NCBI GenBank assembly: GCA_951406725.2
Contig: OX597815.1
Coordinates: forward strand, 2,356,001 to 2,420,000
Direction of reading: 5' to 3'
Length of the DNA: 64,000 nucleotides
Source of the DNA: Octopus vulgaris
Taxonomy: Eukaryota
A program made the translations under genes and the position numbers. A model generated the notes under the pieces. It made no database searches. It was not told where the DNA came from and worked only from the letters and a program-made list of their open reading frames with translations. Positions 1 through 14,055 of the stretch are shown here, in pieces. The number at the start of each line of letters is the position of its first letter. Position 1 is the first letter of the stretch.

Positions 1-337
1 GTGTCCAACAATCTCCGACCTGTGGGCGTATGTCGAACGACTGCTCTACTTCTTGTGCAACGGCTACAAATTGTTGGCGCAGCTGTTTTGAAGTTTCACT
101 CCATCGATACATGGATATCTTTGAAGTCTTCAAGTTTAAATTCCAATGTTTGGAAGCAACTATGTGGCATCCTGATTCCCCTTGACTGTGTCAAGAACCT
201 TCAAGGCCTGCCTCGACACAAATAAATTGAAACTCGAACCTATTAAACGTATCCTTTTAGTAGCAAACTTCAAAACCCAAACTGAATATGTGCCCTGTTT
301 ACAGCAGATACTCGGAGCAATGAAAGATTTTTTTTGT

Positions 338-580
338 TTCCTTCTCGAACCATGCCGGGCTCATGAGGGCCGGTTTCCTGGTTTCCGTGGAGTATAAATT
401 CCCCTTGGGGACGGGACGCCGGTCCATCGCACTGTTACTCATTTTTGACAGCTAAGTGGATTGGAACCACGTGAAATGAAGTGTTTTGCTCAAGAACACA
501 ACGTGTCGCCCGGTCCAGGAATCGAAACCACAATCTTTCGATCATGAGTCCAACATCCTAACCACTAAGCTACGCACCTC
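338..580 (-). mobile_element. tRNA-derived SINE (family D)
   Basis: On the minus strand, an A-box-like GTAGCTTAGTGGTTAG and a B-box-like GGTTTCGATTCC, then TGTGTTCTTGAGCAAAACACTTCATTTCACGT. A related copy lies at 5612-5840. Confidence 0.75.
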
Positions 581-881
581 CATGTAAGGAAAGACTGGAA
601 CCGTAAAATTATGTCGGAATTTTAACTCCTATTGATGTATTATGTTTATTTATTGATGTATGAACAATTTCGGTGGAGTGTATCCAGCTTCTCGGACGCA
701 AAAGTTCTTCTGTGCAGCACGGAAGGCAAAGAGCACCGGGCAACACTCACGAAAAATATCGAAATAAAAAAGAAATTGAGTAACGTCAAACAACGACGTC
801 GTCAGAATAACTGTAAGTCTACTCGACGAAAGAGAACACTTGCTGACCTGCATGGTTTTACACAACGTCTACATGGATACA

Positions 882-984
<103 letters not shown>

Positions 985-1559
985 ATATATATATATATGT
1001 ATGTATTTGGAAAAAGGAAAAGAATGACTGCATTGGCAGTTCTAATCAGTTTTTTTAATAGTATAAATTTTACACTTTAGTTCGTAGGTATATCATCATC
1101 ATCATCATCATCGTTGTCGTCGTCATCATCATCATCATCATTGTTTTACGTCTGCTTTCCATGCTGGCTTGGGTTGGACAGTTTGGCTGCAGCTGGCCAG
1201 AAAGGAGACTACACCAGGAATGAGACCAGCCCCTTTACACTTCGTTCTTTCCACTTTTCTTTCTTTCGTTCGTTCCCCCTCTCTCACATTTCCTGGTTTT
1301 CTCTTCATTCTCACCTTCTCTCCTCTTTCACTTCACTCTCTCCTTTTTCTTTCTCGTCCCTCCCACATTCTTCTCTCCCTCTGCCTCTACCTCGCTTCTC
1401 TCTCCCCACGTGATCGGTGTTCGGCCAAGCCTGACCTTTCTTTGACTACCATCCCTGCAACATCTATATTCCTCCCTATGCCTGTCATCTCTTATGTCCC
1501 TGCCGTAAGGCTTTACTTCCACATATGCCAGCTTAATTTAATTCGTCCTTAGTCGAAAG

Positions 1560-1885
1560 AAACCTGTTGGTATTTCCTGTCATTTGTATTTGTATTTGTG
1601 TACCATTTCTCCGTCCTTCTTTTCGTATACATTCGCTGCTTTCTTTCAAGGAATCTAATGCTGTTAGCTTAATTTTTCCTTGGGGCTGACCAAATTGGAG
1701 CAATCTCGTGTGTAACCAGCCGAAATTGTAAAGATAATCTGCAACTCAGCTGAGGAAAGAAAACTTCGAATGACCCATCAGTGTTTTTTCTTGTCCCTCT
1801 TTTGTATCATCTGTCAGGATGTTTTGTTGTCCCTTTTTCGTATCATCTGTCTGTCTGGATGTTTTGCGTTCTTGTCCCATTTTTT
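1560..1885 (+). mobile_element. (TA)n-anchored non-autonomous repeat with a degenerate hammerhead-like core
   Basis: Related to 50772-51030 (minus) and 61100-61380. It ends GTTTTGCGTTCTTGTCCCAT next to (TA)n and has CTGAGGA...GAATGACCC at about 1750-1778. Confidence 0.55.
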
Positions 1886-1894
1886 GTATTCCTT

Positions 1895-1961
<67 letters not shown>

Positions 1962-2252
1962 CATCTGTTTGTTGTCTACACCACCTGTCTTCGTCTTTTG
2001 TTTTTTTTGTAAATTCTCCCTATATATATAGTAAATCCCCCTCCCCCAAAAAAACAAAGAACAAACAAGAAAAAACAGCAACTCGAGGATGTGGTACATG
2101 TAAAGTATTAGCAGACGATCAGAGAAGGAAAGAAAGATGGTTTAATGTTTCGAGCAAGAGGAACGGGAGACGGAGGAAAGTCCAAGAGAAAAGGAAGACG
2201 GGGAGAGAAATCGCCAACCATCCACATGTGGTTATACAAATACATATCCATT

Positions 2253-2349
<97 letters not shown>

Positions 2350-2408
2350 CTGTCTATCTATATATATATAAATAATGCGGGTGACTTATTAGCAATTTGA
2401 TAACCTAT

Positions 2409-2439
<31 letters not shown>

Positions 2440-2521
2440 TACATATATATACACACACATATACATGTGTATATATATGTATATGTATATATATATATGT
2501 ATGTATATATATATATATATG

Positions 2522-2560
<39 letters not shown>

Positions 2561-2645
2561 GTATATATGGATACACTATCCGGCATTGACACACGCACAC
2601 CTAATATTCCTAGATTTTCATCATATGCGGTCTCTATGTCCGTTT

Positions 2646-2735
<90 letters not shown>

Positions 2736-2895
2736 AATACATTTCCACCACAGCACCGAGCATTTGTAGCTGTACAGAAAGCTTATCTTTATTTACTTTT
2801 GTTGTTTTTACTTCGTAAGTGTCTGATAATCTCATTGTGTTAGGCAACAAGTATAAAAGAAATAAACAAGTTTGTGTTGTGTGTGTGTATGCGTG

Positions 2896-2932
<37 letters not shown>

Positions 2933-3612
2933 GTATGTATGTGTGTATGTATGTATATATATGTGCTTATACATGTACGTTTTGTGTGTGCGTATGTATG
3001 ATTGCACGCATGTGTGTGGGCGTGCGTGGTTACAAATGGATTTGTACTTTTCATAAGCAAACTTGGATAGGCACCAAGCCGAAAGCCTATATCACTCTCC
3101 CTTGAGAACGTACGAAGTCTGGTGTATTTTATAAACAAAACGGCAGTTTGTCGTCCATTTGCAAAAGCTGTTAAACCAAACGAATGTTATTTATGAGGAT
3201 CGTCCATTTTTCTCCGGCACACACCACCAGCCCCACCAACGCATGCGTGTGTCAACTACGTTCATAGCTGCGTTTGTTTGTAACTTGCATATTAATTTCA
3301 TGATTTTGTGCTTCGTTGTGTTGGGCAGATTTTAGAAGTATTTCGGAGAGACGTCAACACTCGCACAAAACGTCACAAGTGTTAAAACATGAATAAATAA
3401 ACGCACATACATACATTTAGCCAACCTACTTCAAAGGAATATACACGAGCCATATGGAGATAGATCAACATTGATATCTATGTGCATATCTATATCCAGA
3501 TATCATCTCTCTCTTTCTCCTTCTCCCTCACTCCCTATCTTTCTCTCTGCCTCTCTGTCTTTCTTTCCCTCTCTCTCTAACTGTAAATGTATTTATGTAT
3601 ATATATATATAA

Positions 3613-3992
3613 CTAGCAGTATCGCCCGGCATTGCTCAGGTTTGTAGGGAAATAACTATAAAGCATTTTTAGAGAGTTATAACCAAAAAATAGCAAAAAA
3701 ATGGAAAACAATTATGGTAAATTTTTTTTGAGAGTAAAAAAAGGTGGAGTTGCGTCCCCTAGACAGTTTGCGGTTTGTGTTTCTAATTCTCGACCCCATG
3801 TCGAATTTATCGATTTTTTTCAGAAGTGGGGGAACTTTTCAAAATTTTCGCTGCATTAGTTTTGAATTATGACATTGGGCTATGTGTGTGTCAAGTTTCA
3901 TCAGAATCGGTTGAAAGCCGTGGTCAGGGTGAGGGTACAAGCAAACAGACACACAGAAACACGCACAGACAAACTGCCGTTTATATAGAGAG
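3613..3992 (-). mobile_element. Non-autonomous Helitron-like element
   Basis: The minus-strand 3' end matches the CCCG-hairpin...GATACTGCTAG end of the copy at 37022-37417. The internal segment is shared with 7390-7520. Confidence 0.7.
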
Positions 3993-4334
3993 AGATATAT
4001 GTATGTGCGCGTATGTATGGGTATTTGTGTATACATGTGTAGGTGCAAACGTGTATTCGTGCACACACCAAGCACTTTCACTCTTCCCCCAAAAGAACCA
4101 AATTCTCACCAGCACCCTACCCCCTAAGCCTACACACACGCGCGGACGCGCAAGTTGACGCTTGTTTTTAGGCAAAAAACCCTCCAAAGAATAACTTTCT
4201 GGTGAAGGATTACTCAATACATTTTTGTACATGTTTAATAAATTGATACAAAGAAAAGGGTGTGAGCGTATGGATGGATGTGTGTCGTGTATATATATAA
4301 ATATCAAAATAAGCAAAAGGATATCAAGGAGTGA

Positions 4335-4420
4335 TGCAGTACGGCCGTTTCAAGCGGCTCCATTTAATTGAACAATGCAATCATTACATCAATTTAAATG
4401 CAGTGCTATCTTCAGCTGCA
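4335..4420 (-). ncRNA. Type I hammerhead ribozyme motif
   Basis: Minus strand reads TGCAG-CTGAAGA-TAGC...GCTT-GAAA-CGGCCG-TA-CTGCA. Stem I is TGCAG/CTGCA, stem III is palindromic, and the cleavage triplet is GUA. Confidence 0.75.
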
Positions 4421-4511
4421 CAATTAAATGGAGCCGTTTGAAACAGTTGTACTGCATCACTCCTTGATATGCTGTTGCTTATTTTGATTTTATTCACCTT
4501 AGTTTGAACTT

Positions 4512-5144
4512 TGCAGATAATACCTATTTCTTTACTACTCAAAAGGGGCTAAACACAAAAGGAACAAACAAGGACAGACAAACGGATTAAGTCGATTACA
4601 TCGACCCCAATGTCTCACTGGTACTTCATTTATCGACCCCGAAAGGATGAAAGGCAAAGTCAACCTCGGCGGAATTTGAACTCACAACGTAACGGCAGAC
4701 GAAATACCTATTTCTTTACTACCCACAAGGGGCTAAACACAGCGAGGACAAACAAAGACAGACAAACGGATTAAGTCGATTATATCGACCCGAGTGCGTA
4801 ACTAGTACTTATTTAATCGACCCCGAAAGGATGAAAGGCAATGTCGACCTCGGCGGAATTTGAACTCACAACGTAACAGCAGACGAAATACCTATTTCTT
4901 TACTACCCACAAGGGGCTAAACACAGCGAGGACAAACAAAGACAGACAAACGGATTAAGTCGATTAGATCGACCCCAGTGCGTAACTGGTACTTATTTAA
5001 TCGACCCCGAAAGGATGAAAGGCAAAGTCGACCTCGGCGGAATATGAACTCAGAACGTAGCGGCAGACGAAATATCGCTAAGCATTTCGACCGGCGTGCT
5101 AACCACTCTGCCAGGCTCGTCGCCTTCTCTGTGCAGATAATACC
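4512..5144 (-). mobile_element. tRNA-derived SINE (family B), one head plus three tandem 184-bp body units, with TSD-like flanks
   Basis: Repeated units join at GAAATACCTATTTC (4701, 4885). A flanking duplication TGCAGATAATACC occurs at 4512-4524 and 5132-5144. Confidence 0.85.
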
Positions 5145-5185
5145 GCACTGACTTGGTGCTTCAACTTATGTACCTAATTCAATTC

Positions 5186-5262
<77 letters not shown>

Positions 5263-5359
5263 GGAGTAAACACATAAATGTGAAACAAGGTGGAAAAAAG
5301 AGTACTCAAATACCAGTGGTAGAGTAATATGCTTTATTTTAAGCAGCAGAAAATTCAAC

Positions 5360-5406
5360 AAAATCTGTTACTCTGAGTTTCTCGTTGCCGTTCATCAGAC
5401 AGTTTT
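5360..5406 (-). ncRNA. Type I hammerhead ribozyme motif
   Basis: Minus strand reads AAAACTGT-CTGATGA-ACG GCAA CGA-GAAA-CTC A GAG-TA-ACAGATTTT. The core is intact, loop II is GNRA, and stem I is CTGT/ACAG. Confidence 0.8.
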
Positions 5407-5475
5407 GCTAGAATGAACGGCAACGAGAAACTCAGAGTAACAGATTTTGTTGAATTTTCTGCTGCTTAAAATAAA

Positions 5476-5577
<102 letters not shown>

Positions 5578-5611
5578 TGTATGTATGTGTGTATGTGTGT
5601 GTGTGTGTTTT

Positions 5612-5840
5612 GGGCGCGTGACTCAGTGGTTAGGGTGTTAGACTCATGATCGTAAAATTGTGGTTTCGATTCCTGGACCAGGTGACAAGTGTTCTTGAGC
5701 AAAACACTTCATTTTACGTTACTGCAGTCCATTCAGCTGGCAAAGTTAGTGATCGATAGACTGGCGTCCGTTCAGGTGGGGGATGCATATGCCACCGAAA
5801 CCGGGGAAACGGCCCTCAAGAAGGCTCAAGAAGGAAACAT
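5612..5840 (+). mobile_element. tRNA-derived SINE (family D)
   Basis: GGCGCGTGACTCAGTGGTTAG...GGTTTCGATTCC head; homologous to 338-580. Confidence 0.7.
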
Positions 5841-6423
5841 TTAGTTTTTATTTATTGATATATATATATATATATCAAAAGGATGTGTTATAATACTATT
5901 CCACATATACAAAAACAGCCACACCAACAATCCAACATAGCTCCATCATCAGCTGCCCCACGGATGTCATTATGGTTTCGACACCTGGGCAGTAGCATTC
6001 AATCCGGCGGTATCAACAGCACTAAAATAAGTGTTGTTTGGGAACAAACAAACCAAAGAAAGCACAACTTTCAAATACGTTTACTCTATTTTCAGCCGTA
6101 TCGGTAAATAAATTCAATAAGTAAATTACAGCCAACTCGTAAATACGTAACTAAACAACGACCAATCCATTAAGTCATGCAAAAATTATAATCCCTACCG
6201 TCTTCCATAGTATAATATAACCGTGAAAGCTTAATAACCACATTCAGTTAATTCATCAATTTATAGGCAGGATTAAACACTGGCTTTAATAAAACTACAT
6301 CATAGAAGCATATAAACCAATGTACATAATATCGGTAAACCTGAAAGTAAACCTGAAGTAACGAAATTATATGCTAAATCGCGAGCAATTTATAAGTTCA
6401 AACAAATAATAATCCCACCAGCC

Positions 6424-6454
<31 letters not shown>

Positions 6455-6652
6455 ATTCTTTTCTCTCTGTCCTATTGCTTCGGTTCTCACCGTTAAAATG
6501 TATGTTTACTAGATAACTCACGTGGGTGGAAGGGGAGAGAACATGAATCTTCGCTCGTACATTTTGAATTTGCTAGTACTGGCAGTCTGAGCGTGTTCGT
6601 CTGAGGGGTATGTTCCTTCTTTTAGTGCTTTCAAATCCAAAATTAAGAAATG

Positions 6653-6714
6653 TTGAGCTGACGAAGGAAATGCTGAGTTTTATTTGGCTAATCTAGAAAC
6701 GTTGACGTTCTCAA
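6653..6714 (+). ncRNA. Type I hammerhead ribozyme motif
   Basis: TTGAG-CTGACGA-AGGA...TCTA-GAAA-CGT TG ACG-TT-CTCAA. Stem I is TTGAG/CTCAA and the cleavage triplet is GUU. Confidence 0.7.
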
Positions 6715-6901
6715 ATGATCTTTGTACTTGTGATATTTTACTGTTTTTCCTCCATATCTTCGTGTGTTATTTTTGAGTAAACATTATCTGAGAGAAATTT
6801 TCTTAAAGTGGTGGAAATGGCTAAAAAAAATTTTTGGCTGCTATTTCTAGAAAGTTCAGTATGTGGCAAAGTACTTTATTCTACTAAGCCCTAATTATAT
6901 A

Positions 6902-6967
<66 letters not shown>

Positions 6968-6970
<3 letters not shown>

Positions 6971-7366
6971 CGTAGGAGTAGCTGTGTGGTAAGTAGCTTG
7001 CTTACCAACCACATGGTTCCGGGTTCAGTCCCACTGCGTGGCACCTTGGGCAAGTGTCTTCTACAATAGTCTTGGGCCGACCAAAGCCTTGTGAGTGGAT
7101 TTGGTAGACGGAAACTGAAAGAAGCCCGTCGTATATATGTGTATATATAAATATGCGTGTGTTTGTTTGTGCGTCTGTGCTTGACAACCGATGCTGGTGT
7201 GTTTATGTCCCCCGTTACTTAGCAGTTTGGCAACAGAGACCGATAGAATAAGTACTGGGCTTACAAAAGAATAAGTCCTGGGGTCGAGTTGCTCGACTAA
7301 AGGCGGTGCTCCAGCATGGCCGCAGTCACATGACTGAAACAAGTAAAAGAGAGTAAAAGAGTAAGA
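6968..7366 (+). mobile_element. tRNA-derived SINE (family A), full length, with internal TA/TG microsatellite
   Basis: GGCGTAGGAGTAGCTGTGTGGTAAG...GGTTCAGTCCC head and a ...GACTGAAACAAGTAAAAGAG tail. More than 10 related copies occur in the window. Confidence 0.85.
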
Positions 7367-8283
7367 GTATATATAGTACCAGCATTGTTGGACTCGATTC
7401 TGATGAAACTTGACACACACACATAGCCCAATGTCATAATTCAAAACTAACGCACCGAAAATTTTGAAAAGTTTCCCCAGTTCTGAAAAAATCGATAAAT
7501 TCGACATGGGGTCGAGAATCTAAGCTTTTTATATGCAACACATTTTCTGTTGTAGTTTTCGCAACTTGCAATCGATTTTCACCAAACTCATGGTGAAGCT
7601 TAATGTTACCCGAAGAAACTTAATTCTGACGTTCGTTTTCCATGCAATACCTTACCATCAGAAAAATTCGATAAAATCTTGCCATTTTGGGAAATCGCGT
7701 TCAAATTCAAGATGACATATTTTCGACAATATCTTTCACAAATTGGCAGGAATTTTTTTAAAAAATTCACAGCGAGTATCATGTCTGGTCCAAGGAGCTA
7801 TATGGCCCTTTTTATTCCAATATGATACTTTATTACTGGAAAAAATCAGTTAATTAAATCATATGTGGCACACATAGCAAACCGATTTGTGTATTAAACA
7901 CAAACCACAGACTGTCTAGGGGACGCAATTGGTTGGGTTGAATTATCGATAGCTGTTTGATAGTTATTTGGGAGTGAAGAGAAGACATTGCAACCTACAC
8001 ATGCGCCTTCGTTCCCTAGAGGGAAAGGACTAGATTGGGATTATTTCCTTATGTGTTTACGGATGGTTGAATTTTGTGTGTGTGTGTGTATACATATATG
8101 TGAGGGTGTGCGTATGTGTGTATATATAGCGGAGGGAGCATGTGCAGGCTTTCATATTACATGCAGCTTACGTCAGTTGTTCATGTATACAAAGTTGCAT
8201 TAAACACACATGTATGTATGCATGGAAAAATGTGTGTGTGAGTATAACATATATGTATGTGTGTGTGTATGTATATATATATA

Positions 8284-8345
<62 letters not shown>

Positions 8346-8433
8346 TTCTAATATTCATACGCATCTTTGAATATATGAATATATATCTATATACACACAT
8401 ATATATATATATATATCTCCATATCTCTCTCTC

Positions 8434-8502
<69 letters not shown>

Positions 8503-8505
<3 letters not shown>

Positions 8506-8712
8506 AAATGTGACCTCGAGTGTACCGTTGGCGATTTTTTCCCTCTGTCTTCCCTCCTCTGGATCTTTCCTTCTCCTATGTTTCCGACGAAGAGCTCCGC
8601 TCGAAACGTTAAACCCTTCTTCTTTCCTTCTTTCCTGAGCGTCCAATAATACTATATTTGCTCCACGTCCTCGCGTTGTTGTGTTTTTTTGTGCTTTCCT
8701 GTTTGGATTAAC

Positions 8713-8713
<1 letters not shown>
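8503..8713 (+). mobile_element. About 210-bp (TA)n-inserted element with a minimal hammerhead-like motif (8580-8614)
   Basis: GTTT-CCGACGA-AGAGC TCC GCTC-GAAAC-GTT-AAAC, flanked on both sides by (TA)n. Related to the elements at 27.4, 27.7 and 40.5 kb. Confidence 0.6.
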
Positions 8714-8771
<58 letters not shown>

Positions 8772-9051
8772 TTACAGATATAGGGTGAAATATAATTAAT
8801 TTAATAAAATCAACAAATTTCACCTAGTAGTATTTCGGTATGGAAGAAGACCATATTCGCTGAAAAACTTATATAATTATAATAATAAGGGTTTTGCAAC
8901 AAGTTGCTTGACCACATACCGAAAATTTTAGAAATAGCAGCCAAAGGGCTACTATATAGTAGTAAGTTTGCATTTTTATTGTCTTCAAAAGTTTGTGTTT
9001 GGATAATATTTTTTATGTAAAAGTTGTGCAACAACTAATAAATACAAAATA

Positions 9052-9265
9052 CATTCGGTTGTGCCAATTCTTTGCACGGGAAACCTGCCTTTGTGTGGCG
9101 TGTTTCCCCATTTTGTAAATTCGTCTTCGGCTTTCCTCGCCATTCTCTGCTTTGAGCATGGCGACTTCAAAGCCATGAAGTCGTTCTTCGAGAAGAACGG
9201 TGGTCTCCTTGGCAACGCTTACGACGTGTGTATTCCCTCCCCTCCCCTTCCCCACAGCTTCACGA
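9052..9265 (+). repeat. About 210-bp direct repeat, copy 1 (copy 2 at about 11866-12080)
   Basis: ACATTCGGTTGTGCCAATTCTTTGCACGGG...CCCCACAGCTTCACGAG is near-identical at both positions. Confidence 0.9.
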
Positions 9266-9384
9266 GAGAGGGAAAGAAGGGGAGGAGAAACACAGGTGCA
9301 GGTGCGAGCATGGACGCCGACACACGAAGAATTGGAAGAACCCAGACGACAGCTTCACAGTCAACCACTTCTATGGACAACTCT

Positions 9385-11632
9385 GCCACGACCACCACCA
9401 CCATCACCACCACCACCACCACCACCATCACCACCACCATCACCACCATGACCACCACCATCGCCGCCACCATCACCACCACCATCGCCGCCACCACCAC
9501 TACCACCATCACCATCACCATCACCACCACCATCGCCGCCACCACCACCACCACCACCATCGCCGCCACCACCACCACCACCATCACCACCACCACCATC
9601 ACCATCACCATCTTCACCACCATCACCAACTCCACCACCACCAACACCACCAACTCCACCACCACCACCATCACCACCGACACCACCACCACCACCACCA
9701 CCACCACCACCACCACCACCACCACCACCACCATCACCACCATCACCAACTCAACTACCACCACCACCATCACCGCCAACTCAACCACCACCACCATCAC
9801 CACTGCCACCATCACCACCACCACCATCATCACCACCATCATCACCACCACCACCACCACCACCATCATCACAACCACCACCACCACCGCCACCACCACC
9901 ACCACCACCACAACCACCACCACCACGACCACCAACACCCCCCACCATCACTACCCCCACCACCGCCACCGCCACCGCTACCACCACCACCACCACCACC
10001 ACCATCACCACCATCAGCACCGCCATCACCACCACCATCACCATCATCACCACCATCACCAACTCCACCACCACCACCACAACCACCACCACCACCACCA
10101 CAACTACCACCACCACCACCACAACCACCAACTCCACCACCACCACCATCACCACCGCCACCACCACCACCACCATCACCACCACCACCATCGCAGCCAC
10201 CACCACCACCACCATCGCCGCCACCACCACCACCACCATCACCATCACCATCATTACCACCATCACCAACTCCACCACCACCAACTCCACCACCAACACC
10301 ACCAACTCCACCATCACCACCGCCACCACCGCCACCACCGCCACCACCACCATCACCACCGCCACCACCGCCATCACCACCACCACCACCACCACCACCA
10401 CCACCACCACAACCATCACCACCATCAGTACCGCCATCACCACCACCATCACGATCATCACCACCACCACCACCAACTCCACCACCACCACCACCACCAC
10501 CACCACCACCACCACCACCACCACCACCACCACCACCATCAGCACCGCCACCATCACCACCACCACCATCACCACCATCACCAACTCCACCACCACCACC
10601 ACCACCAACAACTCAACCACCACCACCACTATCACCATTGCCACCACCACCACCACCATCATCACCACCACCACCACCATCACCAAAACCACCACCACCA
10701 CCACCACCACCATCACCACCATCAGCACCGCCATCACCACCACCACCACCACCACCATCACCACCACCCCACCACCCACCGCCACCGCTAACGCCGGCGC
10801 CACCACCACCACCACCACCACCACCACCACCACCACCACCACCACCACCACCACCACCACCACCACCACCACCATCACCACCGCCACCACCACCACCACC
10901 ATCACTACCACCACCATCGCAGCCACCACCACCACCACCATCGCCACCACCACCACCACCACCATCACCACCACCACCATCACCATCACCATCATCACCA
11001 CCATCACCAACTCCACCACCACCAACTCCACCACCACCACCACCACCAACTCCACCATCACCACCATCACCACCGCCACCACCGCCACCACCCGCCATCA
11101 CCACCACCACCACCACCACCACCACCACCACCACCACCATCAGTACCGCCATCACCACCACCATCACCATCATCACCACCACCACCACCAACTCCACCAC
11201 CACCACCACCACCACCACCACCACCACCATCACCACCACCACCACCACCACCACCACCACCACCATCACCACCATCACCAACTCCACCACCACCACCACC
11301 ACCAACTCAACCACCACCACCATCACCATTGCCACCACCACCACCACCATCATCACCACCACCACCACCACCACCAAAACCACCACCACCACCACCACCA
11401 TCACCACCACCACCACCACCACCATCAGCACCGCCATCACCACCACCATTATCACCACCACCACCACCACCACCACCACCACCATCATCACCACCACCAA
11501 TGCCACCGCCACCACCATAACCACCACCACCACTACGACCCCCCCATCATCACCCCCACCACCACCACCACCACCACCACCACCACCACCACCACCACCA
11601 CCACCACCACCACCACCATAACCAACACCACC
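9385..11632 (+). repeat. Degenerate (ACC)n microsatellite, about 2.2 kb, with higher-order internal duplications
   Basis: ACC units with ATC/GCC/AAC/TCC variants; blocks such as ATCAGCACCGCCATCACC recur. Confidence 0.95.
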
Positions 11633-11865
11633 AATTTCCGTGTGTCGGCGTCCAGGCTCACACCTGCACCTGTGAAGCGTTGTCATGGAGACCACCGTTC
11701 TTCTCAAAAAATTCTAAACTTCGTATTTTTGTAGAATCTGTCAAAATAAAACATTTTTTTCTCTTGGCTTTATTCAGAAAATTCTAGAGTTTCTAAGATA
11801 TTTGCTGTTTTTTCTTCTGCAATTTCAACTAATCAATGACGTCTATTGCGCAACAACCAATAAAC

Positions 11866-12080
11866 ACATTCGGTTGTGCCAATTCTTTGCACGGGAAACC
11901 TGCCTTTGTGTGGCGTGTTTCCCCATTTTCTAAATTCGTCTTCGGCTTTCCTCGCCATTCTCTGCTTTGAGCATGGCGACTTCAAAGCCATGAAGTCGGT
12001 CTTCGAGAAGAACGGTCGTCTCCTTGGCAACGCTTACGACGTGTGATTTCCCTACCCTCCCCTTCCCCACAGCTTCACGA
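11866..12080 (+). repeat. About 210-bp direct repeat, copy 2
   Basis: Matches 9052-9265. Confidence 0.9.
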
Positions 12081-12265
12081 GGCAAAGGGGCCGATGCAGC
12101 TTGGCACCTGTTGACGTCGCAGCTCATTTCTACAGATGAGTGAAGTGAAGTGAAGCAACGTGAAATAAAACGTCTTTTTCAAGAACACAACAGACTCCTG
12201 TCCGAGAATCGTACTCGCTATCTCATGATTATAAGCCTAATGCTTTAACCACTGAGCCATGCGCC
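12080..12265 (-). mobile_element. tRNA-derived SINE (family C), 5' part
   Basis: Minus strand GGCGCATGGCTCAGTGGTTA...; body shared with 28490-28780, 50268-50598 and 56177-56493. Confidence 0.75.
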
Positions 12266-12284
12266 TTTCGTATGTGTGTGTGTT

Positions 12285-12366
<82 letters not shown>

Positions 12367-12543
12367 CATATATATATATACACTGAGGGAGAGGGAGAGA
12401 GGGGGGAAAGATAGAGAGAGAGAGAGAGAGAGAGACATATATTCAGAATGATAAAACACACACACATATACATATACATGTATATATATCAATATATATA
12501 TACATCACTCTCTCTCCCCCCTCTCTCCCTCCCTCACCCTCTT

Positions 12544-12587
<44 letters not shown>

Positions 12588-13397
12588 CATATAGGAGAGT
12601 TCATGAAAAATCAACAAAAGACGAAATATATATATATAATTACACACACATACATACGTATATATACATATATATGTGTGTGTGTGTGCATGTGTGTGTG
12701 CGTGTGTGTGTTTATGTGTGTGTGTGTGTGTGTGTGTTTATGTGTGTGTAATTACATTGAGCATAAAGAATGGAGAATATGTATGTTTTATGTGAGCACA
12801 AATACATCTTAATAGTAACGATTTTGCAAAACTTATTGTTTAAATATATGAACAGCAAAAGTAAAAAAAGGAAAAAAACACCGCAAAACGCCCAGAAACA
12901 CCATTAAAGTGCGGAAAGAGAATACAAAAGAGTCTTTGTGAAAACTTTTAGAATACATATTCCAAAATAGCCTTCAAGAATCCCCAAATAAATCCAGTGA
13001 ATTATTATTTCTGATGGAATATATCGTACGTTCAACTTGGGAATTTCGAAGTACAAAATCATCCGATAATACGAAGGAATACATTGGAATTATTTTGGTA
13101 AATTTTTATGAAAGAAAAATTGCAGATAAACCCCGCCAAACCCAAAAGCCGCAAATACTTTTATAAGCGCTGGCGTTTATATGTTGTTACAATAGAATAT
13201 TATCTCTCTCTGGAATGGATTTAATTTTAAAGAACGTGTGCTAGATAGCGGGTTACTGTCATTCACAATGTCAGAGTAATTCTGAGAAATATGAATGGAA
13301 ATATATTCTGCTTCCATTTAAATCGGTTACCATTTTCATTTGAATTGCATTTATAAGATTTCCAAAAATTGCAACTCAGTTTCTTCGGGTTGTTCCG

Positions 13398-13463
<66 letters not shown>

Positions 13464-13533
13464 CCTACCTATCTGTCTGTCTGTTTATCTAGCTATCTGT
13501 CTGTCTGTCTGTCTATCTATCTATCCCCCTCTC

Positions 13534-13573
<40 letters not shown>

Positions 13574-13605
13574 CCTACCTATCTGTCTGTCTGTTTATCT
13601 AGCTA

Positions 13606-13647
<42 letters not shown>

Positions 13648-13655
13648 CCTCTCTT

Positions 13656-13695
<40 letters not shown>

Positions 13696-13925
13696 ATATG
13701 TATATACGTATATATGTGTGTGTGCCTCTACGTATGTGTGTGTGTGTATTTTAATAAGAATGTATAAATACTCGAAGAGAAGACCATCAATAATACTTCT
13801 AACATGCAGGAAAGGGCAGTCAGAACCCAAACCACGGAAAAAGTCTTAAGGCACGCTGTATAAACATATATTTTACGTCTTATGATTTTACTATAGTGGT
13901 AGTAAATTATTTAATAATTTTTACC

Positions 13926-13959
<34 letters not shown>

Positions 13960-14055
13960 GGTAAAAATTATTAAATAATTTACCACCACTATAGTAAAAT
14001 CATAAGACGTAAAATAGGCGCAGGAGTGGCTGTGTGGTAAGTAGCTCGCTAACCA

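Noticed and set aside
1-330. Host exon at the window start
   Set aside because: Short ORFs with no recognisable motif or supported splice structure.
655-700. Hammerhead-like motif on the minus strand (also 8815-8865 and 13770-13860)
   Set aside because: The core has several mismatches and stem I is unconvincing.
4520-5127. Regularly spaced repeats resembling a CRISPR array
   Set aside because: Whole 184-bp units repeat with no unique spacers, no cas genes are present, and the context is eukaryotic SINE.
9061-11707. Long Thr/His/Pro/Val/Gly-rich ORFs of 239-797 aa
   Set aside because: These are stop-free translations of the (ACC)n array on both strands, with no domain or splice evidence.
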